DNA of 64,000 bases from Squalus acanthias (taxonomy: Eukaryota), in NCBI GenBank assembly GCA_030390025.1, contig CM059431.1:149670001-149734000 (forward strand), in the 5' to 3' direction. Made by a program: the position numbers and the translations under genes. Positions 38,701 to 50,684 of this stretch are shown here, one piece after another; positions within the stretch are counted from its first letter, which is position 1, and every line of letters begins with the position of its first letter. The notes beneath the pieces are model-generated. The model made no database searches and was not told the DNA's origin. It saw only the letters and a list, made by a program, of their open reading frames with translations.

Positions 38701-40003
38701 TGCCTTCCACAATTGCTTTTCTCCCTCCTGTCTTTTGCTTCTATCCTTGCTTCACTTTCCTCTGTTTCGCTGCACAGGTTCCCAACCCCCTGCCATTTTA
38801 GTTTAAACCCTCCCCAACAGCACTAGTAAACACTCCCCCTGGGACATCGGTCCCGGTCCTGCCCAGGTGCAAACCGTCCAGTTTGTACTGGTCGCAGCTC
38901 CCCCAGAATTTGAATCCCACCCCCTTGCACCATTCCTCTAGCCACGTATTAATCAGCAATAGCTTTCTATTTCTGCTCTGACTAGCACGTGGCACCGGTA
39001 GCAATCTGAGATTACTACCATTGAGGTCCTATTTTTTAATTTACCTCATATCTTCCTATATTCAGCTTTTCGGACCTCATCCCGTTTTTTACCTGTATCG
39101 TTGGTACCTATATGCATCACAACAACTGGCTGTTCACCCTCCACCAACAGAATGCCCTGCAGCCGCTCCGAGTCATCCTTGACCCTTGCAACTGGGAGAC
39201 AACATACCATCCTGGAGTCTCGTTGGCGGCCGCAGAAACGCCTATCTATCCACCTGACAATCGAATCCCCTATCACTATAGCTCTCCTGCTCTTTTACCT
39301 CCCGTCCTGTGCAGCAGAACCACCCATGTTGCCAGGAAGTTGGTTGCTGCTGCCTTCCACCGATCAGCCTCTCCCTCAACAATATCCAAAGTGGTATATC
39401 TGTTTGAGAGGGGAATGTCCACAGGGGACCCCTGCACTACCTGCCTGCACAAACTACTCTGCCTATTGGTCACCCATTCCCTTCCTGCCTGTGCAGCTTT
39501 TACCTGCGATGTGACCAACTCGCTGTACGTGCTATCCACGATGGCCTCAGCATCGCGAATGCTCCAGTATGCATCCATTTGCAGCTCCAGTGCCGCAATG
39601 CGGTCTGCCAGTAGCTGCAGCTGGATACACTTCCCGCACACATTGTCAACAAAGACAAAGGAAGTGTCCCTGATTTCCCACATAGTGCAGGAGGAGCATG
39701 CCACGTGGCTGAGCTGTGCTGCCATGACTTATCCTTTAATTCTAACAAATTAACTCTAATCAATACCACAAATTGCATTACAATTAAATGATATACTCAA
39801 GGGCCCTAGTATACTAGCACTCCCTGCTACACAACAGAGACATTAGAAACAATAACCACTAAACTTTATAAACTATTAAACTCAACTGTCAAACTACAGA
39901 GTAGTATAAATACTCACCTGGCCGTACTCACCCAATCAGCTGCTTCCTCTTCTCCACATCACTTTTTGAATTGTGATGTGCTCTGGAACGCCGCCGCCGG
40001 TCA
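35725..40003 (-). mobile_element. Essentially full-length decayed CR1 LINE inserted into gag
   Basis: ORF1 (39725-38798: CSSC..CGKC, GDS, GTND, DGLHL), endonuclease (38371-37812), RT (NYRPVSL, KAFDKVPH, GVPQGSVLGP, FADD) and (TTCTATGC)3 tail at 35725-35756. Confidence 0.95.
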
Positions 40004-40599
40004 GTTTTACTTGAACTAGGGGTGCAATTTGTGATTGTTGGGGTTGGCTTACTGGACCAGTATTCACCGGGCCTCCAGCATTCATATAAGATTGAGCTAG
40101 TGCCTGTCGGCATTGATTATACTGGATTCCAAGCTCTCCATAGGATTCTAAGCACTCTGTAATATTCTCGAAGATTCTTGTCATTTATTTCATCATGAGC
40201 TTTCCAGCTTAATCGGAATCCATGGCCCCCAGGAGCATAGGCTGCTCCGAGTCCTATTATTCGCCCATGGTTGCCACCACCGTGTTGGGCACCGATCATT
40301 AGGCCTCCGTATTGTGCGGGTGTGCACCTTATCATTAAGGAATTTAGTGGATTTGGAGTATTTGTTTGATTATCCCACTGGGTATTCTGTATCACCTAGT
40401 TCTGGGGATCAACATCAATTGTGCCATAATTTCTAATGGCACCGTCGGCATCAAAGCCTTCTATTTCATAAATTATCACTTGTTTTTGTGGAGGTAAAGG
40501 GAGAGGATTATTTCCCCTAATAAAGCAATCGTGTGAATTTCCTAATAAAAATTCTTGGCCAATTCCGACAAGGTTTGCCATTTCGTCAGGACCTAACAT
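40004..40599 (-). pseudogene. gag: Foamy-like gag, N-terminal part
   Basis: First ATG ORF ~230 bp downstream of the PBS. ORFs 40396-40599 and 40117-40395 are in frame and frameshift into 39936-40184. Assigned mainly by position. Confidence 0.65.
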
Positions 40600-40827
40600 C
40601 GGTTAGGGTTTAACATGAATTTTATAAGAAATTTCTAGAACTCAATGTTATATTGAGGGAGTTCTAACTTATGTTCTACAAAAAAACATGGTCAGGGACA
40701 TGTCGTCTCTAGAGACTTAAATCTGTGTCTTAGTACCACTGTCAGTAAAACACTCCTTCTGTACTTAACACTCTACAAGATGGATTTAGATATAAATATA
40801 AGTATAGGTTTCGTATCAACTCATTAA

Positions 40828-40845
40828 CACACACATTGGGCGCCA
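40828..40845 (-). promoter_or_regulatory. Primer-binding site, tRNA-Lys1,2 type
   Basis: TGGCGCCCAATGTG lies 2 nt after the LTR-terminal CA; the canonical foamy PBS is TGGCGCCCAACGTGGGGC. Confidence 0.9.
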
Positions 40846-40847
40846 AC

Positions 40848-42125
40848 TGAAGGGATAATTACTAGTCCTTGCCCCTTTAGGGCTCCCCAGATCAGGCGTA
40901 TTTCCCAGCCGTTCACTTTCAGCTAAAGTTTGAGGTAGCCGAATCCTAAAGACATTTAACTGGATCTAAAGGTCCAGACTATCTCTCCCAAAAGGAAAGG
41001 AACAACCTGAAGATGTTACCGTCCTCCAGAAAGCACTTTTAGTAAGTTAAGCTGGATGGTAACGTTCCGGATATTATGAGGGTCTGGAAAACTCCCTCAG
41101 ATTTCTGCAACTCCTCACCAAAGAATGTACAGAGATTGAGTTCGTGAGTTTCATACAGAAGTATTAAGTGAGACAATTCTAAAAATATATAGATTTATTA
41201 AAGAATCGAAATGTAATTACAGTTGGTTTTTCAATCGCAACTTTAGCAATTCCAAAAAGAGTAAGCTTTTACGATCTTATTATCAGAGATACTTATTATC
41301 GAAAACTTTACTGCGTTACATTTTTACATTTCTTAGTCTTATTCCTGGATATCCACCAAAATCAAATACAAGAACCTTGATCCCCGAGATGCAAAGAGTT
41401 GAAGACTTACAGAGCGTGCCTCTGAAGATGAGAATCGCTTTGCCCCTTTAGAGCGAATCTATCATCCCATTTGAAAGTTCAATTTTTATAAATATTTACA
41501 ATGGGATTATTTCCTTTGAAGATTTCTGCTGATGTCAGTTAAATATCTCCAGTCATTTTTATTCTCACCCCTGCTATTCTTACAGTCAGTTCAGCTGGTT
41601 GCATTAAGAATCGTGTCTCCAACATTAGGTGTTCGAAGCTTAATATAAAAACGATGTGACAGCAGATGTATCTATTTGATGTCATTCTTACCAAGGTCTT
41701 CTGTTTGTGTTTTTTTACGACGTGTAAATCAAAAACACCTCAACCGGGTGCACCATTGTTTTCTTAGTTACCTCAACTGGTTGCAACACAGAATCGTGTC
41801 TCCTGTGTTTCATTTGATGTCATTTTTACGAAGGCATATGTTTCTTATTTTTCTTCGTTTCTTTCTAAAGTGTAATTTAGGACAGCTTAACAGGGTGTAC
41901 CATTATGTTCTTTCCAAAGCTTCAGACTTCAAGAGCTTCCAACCTACTGTTTCAATAAGGTTATTGATTCAGTGTAAAGAAATTATCTTATCTCAAAAGG
42001 CTGTATGCTGTTTACAGGTTCTCCAATGTTAGGTTTTTAGATTTTCAAGCCCAGTTTGTCATGTTACAAATGCCAGAATTATTTCATAGAATTGTGTATT
42101 TTTCGGAATATGGCTTATTCCTTAA
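40848..42125 (-). repeat. 5' LTR of the foamy-like ERV
   Basis: Ends ...ATCCCTTCA, an inverted repeat of the TGAAGG start. Minus-strand TATAAAA at ~41484-41490 and AATAAA at 41194-41199. Confidence 0.9.
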
Positions 42126-45100
42126 GAGTCTAACCATCAGCGATCCGTTTTGAAGAGGGAGACTCACCATAAGGGATCAATTTTAAAGAGGGAGTCTCAC
42201 CATCATGGATCCCTTTTAAAGAGGGAGACTCAACATCAGGGACCTCTAAAATGAGGGAGTCTTTCTGTCAGGTACCTCTTTTAAAATGAGAGTACCCCCA
42301 TGAGGGACCCCTTTTAAAGAGAGAGTCTCACCATCAGGGACGCCTTTTAAAGTGAGAGTTTACATATTAGGGAACACTTTTAAAGATTAAGTCTCGTGAT
42401 CAGAGACCGTTTTAAAGTGGGAGTGTTTCTATCAGGGAGCCCTTTTAAATCGGGAGTCTCACCCTTGAGAACCCTTTTAAAGTGAGAGACTTTCTATCAA
42501 ATTCCCCTTTTAAAGAGGGAGTCTTTCTATCAGAGACCCCTTTTAAAGAGAATCTTCCTATTATGGACACCGTTTAAGGAGAGTCGCACCATCAGGAATA
42601 TCTTGTAATGAGAGAGTCTCATCATCAGTGACCCCTTTTAAAGAATGAGTCTCATCATCAGGCACTCCTTTTAAAGAAGGAGCCTCACCATCAGGGATCC
42701 ATTTAAAAGATTGAGTCCCACATCAGGGACCCCATTTAAAGAGGGTGTCTCACCATCAGGGACCCCTTTTAAAGAGGGAGTCTCACCATCAGGGACGCCT
42801 TTTAAAGAGGGTGTCTCACCATCAGGGACCGATTTTAAAGAGGAAGTCTCCCCATCAGGGATACATTTTTAGGAGGGAGTCTTTCCATCAGGGAGTCCTT
42901 TTTAAAGAGTGATTCCCACCATCAGAGATACTTTCAAAGAGGGATTATTTCTCTCAAGGAGTCCTTTTAAAGTGAATCTTAACATCGGGGACCCCTTTGA
43001 AAGAGAGATTCTCACAGTCATGGACCTCAGTTAAAGAGGGAGCCTCACCATCATAGACTGTTTTAAAGAGGGAGGCTTTCTATCAGGGAGCCCTTTTAAA
43101 AATTCACTCTTAGCCTCGGGGACCCATTTGAAAGAGAGAGTCTTTCTATCAAGGTCGACATTTAAAGAGAATCTTCCTGTTAGGCACACATTTTAAAGAG
43201 AGAGTTTCACCATCAGGGACACCAATTTAAGAGGGAGTATCCCCATCAAGGGACAATGTTAAAGAGGGTGGCTCACAACCAGGGACCCCTTTTTTTGAGG
43301 GAGACTCACCATCAGGGATCACTTTTAAAGAGAGATACTCGCCCTCAGGGTCACCTTTTAAATTGGGAGTCTCACCATCAGGGACACCTTTTAAAGACCG
43401 TGATTAAGCATCACTTTTAAAGAGAGATGCTCACCATCATGGGCCCCTTTTAAAATGTAAGTCTCACCATCAGGCAAAGCTTTTAATGAGGAAGTCTTCC
43501 TATCAGCGACCACTTTTAAAGAGGGAGTCACACCATCAGGGACCCCTTTTAAAGAGAGAATCTCTGCACCAAGGACCCCTTTTAAATAACGAGTCTCACC
43601 ATTAGGGACACATTTTAAATAGGGAGTCTCACCATCAGGGAAACCATTTTAAAGATGGTGAGTCACCATCAGGGAACCAATTAAAGAGGTTGTCTCATCA
43701 TCAGGTACCACTTTTAAAGAGAGAGTCTCACCATCAGAGACCCCTTTTAAAATGATAATCTCCCCATTAGGGATCCCATTTAAAGAGGGAGTCTCGCGAT
43801 CCGAGACAATTTTAAAGAGGGAAACTTTCCATCAGGGAGCCCTTTTAAATCGGGTGTCTCTCCCTTTGGGTCCCATTTTAAAGAGAGAGTTTTTCTATCA
43901 AGGCCCCTTTTAAAGAGAGAGAATTTCTATCAGTGGCCACTTTTAAATATAATCTTCGTATTCGGGGCAACATTTAAAGAGTGTCTCACCATCAGGGATC
44001 CCTTTTGAAGAGTGTGTGTCTCAATCAGGGATACATTTTAGATCGGGTATGTCACCATCAGGGAACTCTTTTAAAGATGGTGTCTCACCATAATGGACCC
44101 CTTTTAAAGAGGGATTCTCAACATCAGGTACCACCTTTAAAGATGGAGTCTCGCCATCATGGGCTATTTTAAAGAGTGAGTGTTCCCATCAGGGAACGCA
44201 TTTAAAGTGGGATCTCATCATCAGGGACACCTTTTAACGAGAGAGTCTCCCCATTAGGGATAACTTTAAAAGAGGAAGTCTCACCATCAGGGATTCCTTT
44301 TAAAGAGGGAGATTTTCTATCGGAATCGTTTTAAAGAGGGAGTCTCACCATCAGAGACCCTTTCAAAGAGAGAGCCTCACAATCAAAGAGCCATTTAAAA
44401 GAGGGGGCCTTTCTATCAGGGAGTCCTTTTAAATAGGGAGTCTCTGCCTTGGGGCCCCATTTTAAAGAGAGAGTCTTTCTATCAGGGACCTCTTTTAAAG
44501 TGGAACTTCCGATTGGGAAACCGTTTAAAGAAAGTGTCTCACCATCAGTGACCCCATTTGAAGAGGGCGTGTCCCCATCAGGGACACCTTATAAAGAGGG
44601 AGTCTTTCTATCAGGGACCCATTTTTAAGAGAACCTCCTATTAGGGACATCTTTTATAGAGAGAGATTCCCCATCAGGGACCCATTTAAACAGGTAATAT
44701 TTTTATCAGGGATCACTTTTGATGAGGGAGTATCTCCCTCAGGGACACCTTTTAAAGAGAGTCTGTCTATCAGGGACCACTTTAAAAGGGAGAGTCTCGA
44801 CCAGGTATCCCTTTTAAAGGAGAGTCTCACCATCAGGGGTTCCTTTTAGAGAGGGAGCCTTACCATCAGGGACACGTGTTAAAGAGGATGTTGCAGCATC
44901 AGGTACCCCTTTTAATGAGAGAGTCTCTTCACCAGTGACCCCTTTTAAAGAGGGAGTTTCAGCATCAGGGACCCCTTTTCTAGAGATAGTCTCTCCATCA
45001 GGGAGCCATTTCAAAGAGGAGTCTCACCATTAGGGACCACTTTTAAAGATTTTATTTCAGCATTAGGGTCTCATATTAAAGAGGGTGTCTCACCATCAGG

Positions 45101-48100
45101 GACCCATTTTAAACAGGGAGTCTCACCTTCAGGGACCACTTTTAAAGAGAAAGTTTTGTTAATGAGGAAGTCCCACCCTTGGGGATATATTTTAAAGTGA
45201 GAGTCTTTCGATCAGCGACCCCTTTTAAAGAGGATGTCTTTCTATCAAGGAGGCCATTTAAATATGCAGTCTCACCCTTGGGGAACCATTTTAAAGAGAG
45301 AATCTTTCTATCAAGGTCCCCTTTTAAAGATGGAGTCTTTCCATCAGGGACCCCTTTTAAAGAGAATGTTCGTTTTAGGGACTCCGGTTAAAGAGAAAAT
45401 CTCACCATCAGGGACCCTTTTTAAAGATGGAGCATCGCTATTAGGGATCCAGTTTAAATATGGATTATCTCCATCAGAGACCATTTTAAAGATGGAGTAT
45501 GTCTATCAGGCTGCCCATTTAAAGAGCGTGTCTGACCATCAGGGATCCATTTTAAAGACGGACTCTCACCATGAAGGACACCTTCTAAAGAGTGAGTCTC
45601 ACAATCAGGGTTCACTTTTAAAGAGAGTTTTCTCACGGTCAGTGACCCATTTAAAGAGAGAGTCTACCCATCAGGGATCCCTTTTAAAGACGGAGTAGCA
45701 CCATCAGGGATACCTTTTAAAGAAGGAAACTCAGCATCAGGGACCCCTTTTAAAGAATGAGTCTCGCCATCAGGCACTCCTTTTAAAGAGGGAGGCTCAC
45801 CATCAGGGATCCATTTTAAAGAGTGAGTCCCCCATCAGGGACCCCATTTAAAGAGGGTGTCTCACCATCAGGGACCCATTTTAAAGAGGGAGTCTCACCA
45901 TCAGGGACGCCTTTTAAAGAGGGTGTCTCACCATCAGGGACCCCTTTTAAAGAGGAAGTCTCCCCATCAGGGATACATTTTTAGGAGGGAGTCTTTCCAT
46001 CAGGGAGTCCTTTTTAAAGAGTGATTCCCACCATCAGAGATACTTTCAAAGAGGGATTCTTTCTCTCAAGGAGTCCTTTTAAAGTGAGTCTTACCATCAG
46101 GGACCCCTTTGAAAGAGAGATTCTCACACTCATGGACCTCAGTTAAAGATGGAGCCTCACCATCAGGGACCTCTTTTAAAGAGAGAGTCTCACCATCAGA
46201 GACTGTTTTAAAGAGGGAGGCTTTCTATCATGGAGCCCTTTTAAAAATTCACTCTTAGCCTCGGGGACCCATTTGAAAGAGAGAGTCTTTCTATCAAGGT
46301 CGACATTTAAAGAGAATCTTCCTGTTAAGCACACATTTTAAAGAGATAGTTTCACCATCAGGGACACCAATTTAAGAGGGAGTCTCCCCATCAGGGACAA
46401 TGTTAAAGAGGGAAGCTCACAACCAGGGACCCCTTTTTTGAGGGAGACTCACCATCAGGGATCACTTTTAAAGAGAGAGACTCGCCCTCAGGGTCACCTT
46501 TTAAATTGTGAGTCTCACCATCAGGGACACCTTTTAAAGACCGTGATTAAGCATCAGGTAGCCCTTTTAAAGAGAGATGCTCACCATCATGTGCCCCTTT
46601 TAAAATGTAAGTCTCACCATCAGGCACAGCTTTTAATGAGGAAGTCTTCCTATCAGCGACCACTTTTAAAGAGGGAGTCACACCATCAGGGACCCCTTTT
46701 AAAGAGAGAATCTCTGCACCAAGGACCACTTTTAAATAACGAGTCTCACCATTAGGGACACATTTTAAATAGGGAGTCTCACCATCAGGGAAACCATTTT
46801 AAAGATGGTGAGTCACCATCAGGGAACCAATTAAAGAGGTTGTCTCATCATCAGGTACCACTTTTAAAGAGAGAGTCTCACCATCAGAGACCCCTTTTAA
46901 AATGATAATCTCCCCATTAGGGATCCCATTTAAAGAGGGAGTCTCGCGATCCGAGACAATTTTAAAGAGGGAAACTTTCCATCAGGGAGCCCTTTTAAAT
47001 CGGGTGTCTCTCCCTTTGGGTCCCATTTTAAAGAGAGAGTTTTTCTATCAAGGCCCCTTTTAAAGAGAGAGAATTTCTATCAGTGGCCACTTTTAAATAT
47101 AATCTTCCTATTCGGGGCAACATTTAAAGAGAGTGTCTCACCATCAGGGATCCCTTTTGAAGAGTGTGTGTCTCAATCAGGGATACATTTTAGATCGGGT
47201 ATGTCACCATCAGGGAACCCTTTTAAAGATGGTGTCTCACCATAATGGACCCCTTTTAAAGAGGGATTCTCAACATCAGGTACCACCTTTAAAGATGGAG
47301 TCTCGCCATCATGGGCTATTTTAAAGAGTGAGTGTTCCCATCAGGGAACGCATTTAAAGTGGGATCTCATCATCAGGGACCCCTTTTAACGAGAGAGTCT
47401 CCCCATTAGGGATAACTTTTAAAGAGGAAGTCTCACCATCAGGGATTCCTTTTAAAGAGGGAGATTTTCTATCGGAATCGTTTTAAAGAGGGAGTCTCAC
47501 CATCAGAGACCCTTTCAAAGAGAAAGCCTCACAATCAAAGAGCCATTTAAAAGAGGGGGCCTTTCTATCAGGGAGTCCTTTTAAATAGGGAGTCTCTGCC
47601 TTGGGGCCCCATTTTAAAGAGAGAGTCTTTCTATCAGGGACCTCTTTTAAAGTGGAACTTCCGATTGGGAAACCGTTTAAAGAAAGTGTCTCACCATCAG
47701 TGACCCCATTTGAAGAGGGCGTGTCCCCATCAGGGACACCTTATAAAGAGGGAGTCTTTCTATCAGGGACCCATTTTTAAGAGAACCTCCTATTAGGGAC
47801 ATCTTTTATAGAGAGAGATTCCCCATCAGGGACCCATTTAAACAGGTAATATTTTTATCAGGGATCACTTTTGATGAGGGAGTATCTCCCTCAGGGACAC
47901 CTTTTAAAGAGAGTCTGTCTATCAGGGACCACTTTAAAAGGGAGAGTCTCGACCAGGTATCCCTTTTAAAGGAGAGTCTCACCATCAGGGGTTCCTTTTA
48001 GAGAGGGAGCCTTACCATCAGGGACACGTGTTAAAGAGGATGTTGCAGCATCAGGTACCCCTTTTAATGAGAGAGTCTCTTCACCAGTGACCCCTTTTAA

Positions 48101-49177
48101 AGAGGGAGTTTCAGCATCAGGGACCCCTTTTCTAGAGAAAGTCTTTCCATCAGTGAGCAATTTTAAAGAGGAGTCTCACCATTAGGGACCCCTTTTAAAG
48201 AGTTTGTTTCAGCATCAGGGTCTAATATTAAAGAGGGTGTCTCACCATCAGGGAGCCATTTTAAACAGGGAGTCTCACCTTCAGGTACCCCTTTTAAAGA
48301 GAACGTTTTTTAATGAGGAAGTCTCACCCTTGGGGATATATTTTAAAGTGAGAGTCTTTCGATCAGCGACCGCTTTTAAAGAGGAAGTCTTTCTATCAAG
48401 GAGGCCATTTAAATTTGGAGTCTCACCCTTGGGGAACCAGTTTAAAGAGATAATCTTTCTATCAAAGTCCCCTTTTAAAGATGGAGTCTTTCCATCAGGG
48501 ACCCCTTTTAAAGAGAATGTTCGTTTTAGGGACTCCGGTTAAAGAGAAAATCTCACCATCAGGGACCCTTTTTAAAGATGGAGCATCCGTATTAGGGATC
48601 CCGTTTAAATAGGGATTCTCGCCATCAGAGACCATTTTAAAGAGGGAGTATGTCTATCAGGCTGCCCATTTAAAGAGCGTGTCTCACCATCAGGGATCCA
48701 TTTTAAAGACGGACTCTCACCATCAAGGACACCTTCTAAAGAGTGAGTCTCACAATCAGGGTTCACTTTTAAAGAGAGTGTCTCACGGTCAGTGACCCAT
48801 TTAAAGAGAGAGTCTACCCATCAGGGATCCCTTTTAAAGACGGAGTAGCACCATCAGGGATACCTTTTAAAGAAGGAAACTCAGCATCAGGGACCCCTTT
48901 TAAAGAGGGAGTCTCCCCATCAAGGAACCTCTTTTAAAGAGGGAATTTCAATATAAGGGAACCCTTTTAAAGAGGGAGTCTAACCCTCGTGGACCATTTT
49001 AAAGATAGAATATTTCTATCAGGGACCCCTTTTGAAGGGTAAGTCTCGAAATCAGGGACCCCTTTTAAAGAGGGAGACTTACCATCAGGAATCCATTTTA
49101 AAGAGAGAGACTAACCATCAGGGACCACTTTTAAAGAGGGAGTCTCACCATCAGGGACCCCGTTTAAAGAGGGAGTC
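42126..49177. repeat. 33-bp satellite A, reverse orientation, with a ~3.1-kb higher-order duplication
   Basis: Identical ORFs 43981-44172 and 47133-47324 (offset 3152); also 44814 vs 47966. Confidence 0.95.
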
Positions 49178-50684
49178 GGTAAGATTCTCAAAATTCACAG
49201 ATCCCCCAAAACTCGAAGACATAACCTAAGGAAAAAGACTTAGGACTGTTTTATAACTATTACAGGGTAACGAAATGCTTTGGGTTTAACAGAAGGACAT
49301 TTTAGAGTAAAAAACAAGATTTGGTATTTTAAAAGACATGTCTGGACTTGTAAGGGAGAAAAGGTTGTAAAGGAAGGTGGGCTCAAACTCTGTAAAGACA
49401 GTTTGGATATTGGAGTTAATGGGAACTGTCTCTGGAACCGCATGACCTCGCTAGGAATTAAATCGGCCCCTATCAGACATTAATATCCTAACAAAAGAAG
49501 AGGAAAAACAGTCTCCACCCAAATTTACAGAACCCATCCAAACATGCATAAAACAGATTGCTAAGACCTACTCTATATAAATCCCAGACCCAGTCAAGAA
49601 ACTCAAAACCTTGGAACAATTCAACTACAATTAAACAACAAATCGCCAGGATGAAGCCATCCCGAAACAACTTCACACATTTACAAACACGTTACTGTTG
49701 ACGAGCCCGCAAAATCTTACAATAAACCGGAACTGATTGGTAGCACCCAATTAGTATAACTGAGGCCTGTTTTCTGAAGAAGTCAGTTCAGCAGTTACAA
49801 AAAGTTCTCTACAAGTTCAAGGGTGGAGCAGTTACACAGTTACAACAGAAAGGAGTCCTCGAGTGCAACTGCACACAGTTCAAGAGTTACACAGCAGTTC
49901 AAGGAGACAAGCAGTTCAAGAGTTACACACCAGTTCATGGAGACAAGCAGTTCAAGAGTTACACACCAGTTCATGGAGACAAGCAGTTCAAGAGTTACAC
50001 AGCAGTTCAAGGAGACAAGCAGTTCAAGAGTTACACACCAGTTCATGGAGACAAGCAGTTCAAGAGTTACACAGCAGTTCAAGGAGACAAGCAGATATAG
50101 AGTTACACAGCAGCAAGGAATTCTGCAAGCATTTAAACAAGAAGCTGTTCAGGGAGTTTAGCAAGAAGCAGCAAGGAGTTCAGCAAGCAGAAAGGAAGCA
50201 TCTCTCCAGTACAATCGTTCAGCAGTTACTTGTCCAGCCAGGAGGTCGACAGCTCGAAAACAAGACCGTTCAACAAAGGAGGCCAACAGCTCCAGAAAGG
50301 GCCGACACGCAAGAAGAGACCAGAGCGACCGCCTCAGTGACCATCGGAAAGCTCGCAGCAACAAGGGCCTTACGAAACGTTTTACTGAAAACGTCTCTAA
50401 ACCCTCCCTCTAACCAAAGAAAAGTGGGTACTCACCCGATCCAATCCAGCGAACGCCGAAACCGCGAACCAGCTCAACTGTCAAGGATTGATTTGCTGAG
50501 CATTATCCCTGGTTCTGTAGAGCCCTCTTGAATAAAGATCAAAAGTTCTTGCACCAAACCAGTTGTCTGCTGCACATTTGTCACAACCCCCAAATAACTC
50601 CAAGGTCTAGTACCAAGTGGGTGGGAGCAAATCAAACCTCTCAGAAGTCAGAGGTGAAGCTGACACACCCCACCATCCGTTACA
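49178..50684 (+). mobile_element. Solo LTR (~1.5 kb) with 4-bp TSD AGTC
   Basis: Starts (G)GTAAGATTCTC (TGTAAG in the second copy) and ends TTACA. AGTC at 49174-49177 and 50685-50688. AATAAA at 50531. Confidence 0.88.
49877..50112 (+). repeat. 36-bp minisatellite inside the solo LTR
   Basis: AGTTCAAGAGTTACACAGCAGTTCAAGGAGACAAGC, about 6.5 copies. Confidence 0.92.

Larger units (their letters stand above)
29206..42125 (-). mobile_element. Foamy-like endogenous retrovirus (spumaretrovirus-related provirus), defective and env-less
   Basis: Two homologous ~1.25-kb LTRs, PBS TGGCGCCCAATGTG, PPT-like AAGAGGGG, and foamy-type Gag, PR, RT, RNase H and IN motifs in the correct order. Confidence 0.92.

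Noticed and set aside
49823..50531. ORFs with 12-aa repeats (222 aa and 112 aa)
   Set aside because: They arise from the 36-bp minisatellite in the LTR and are not conserved in the sister LTR.
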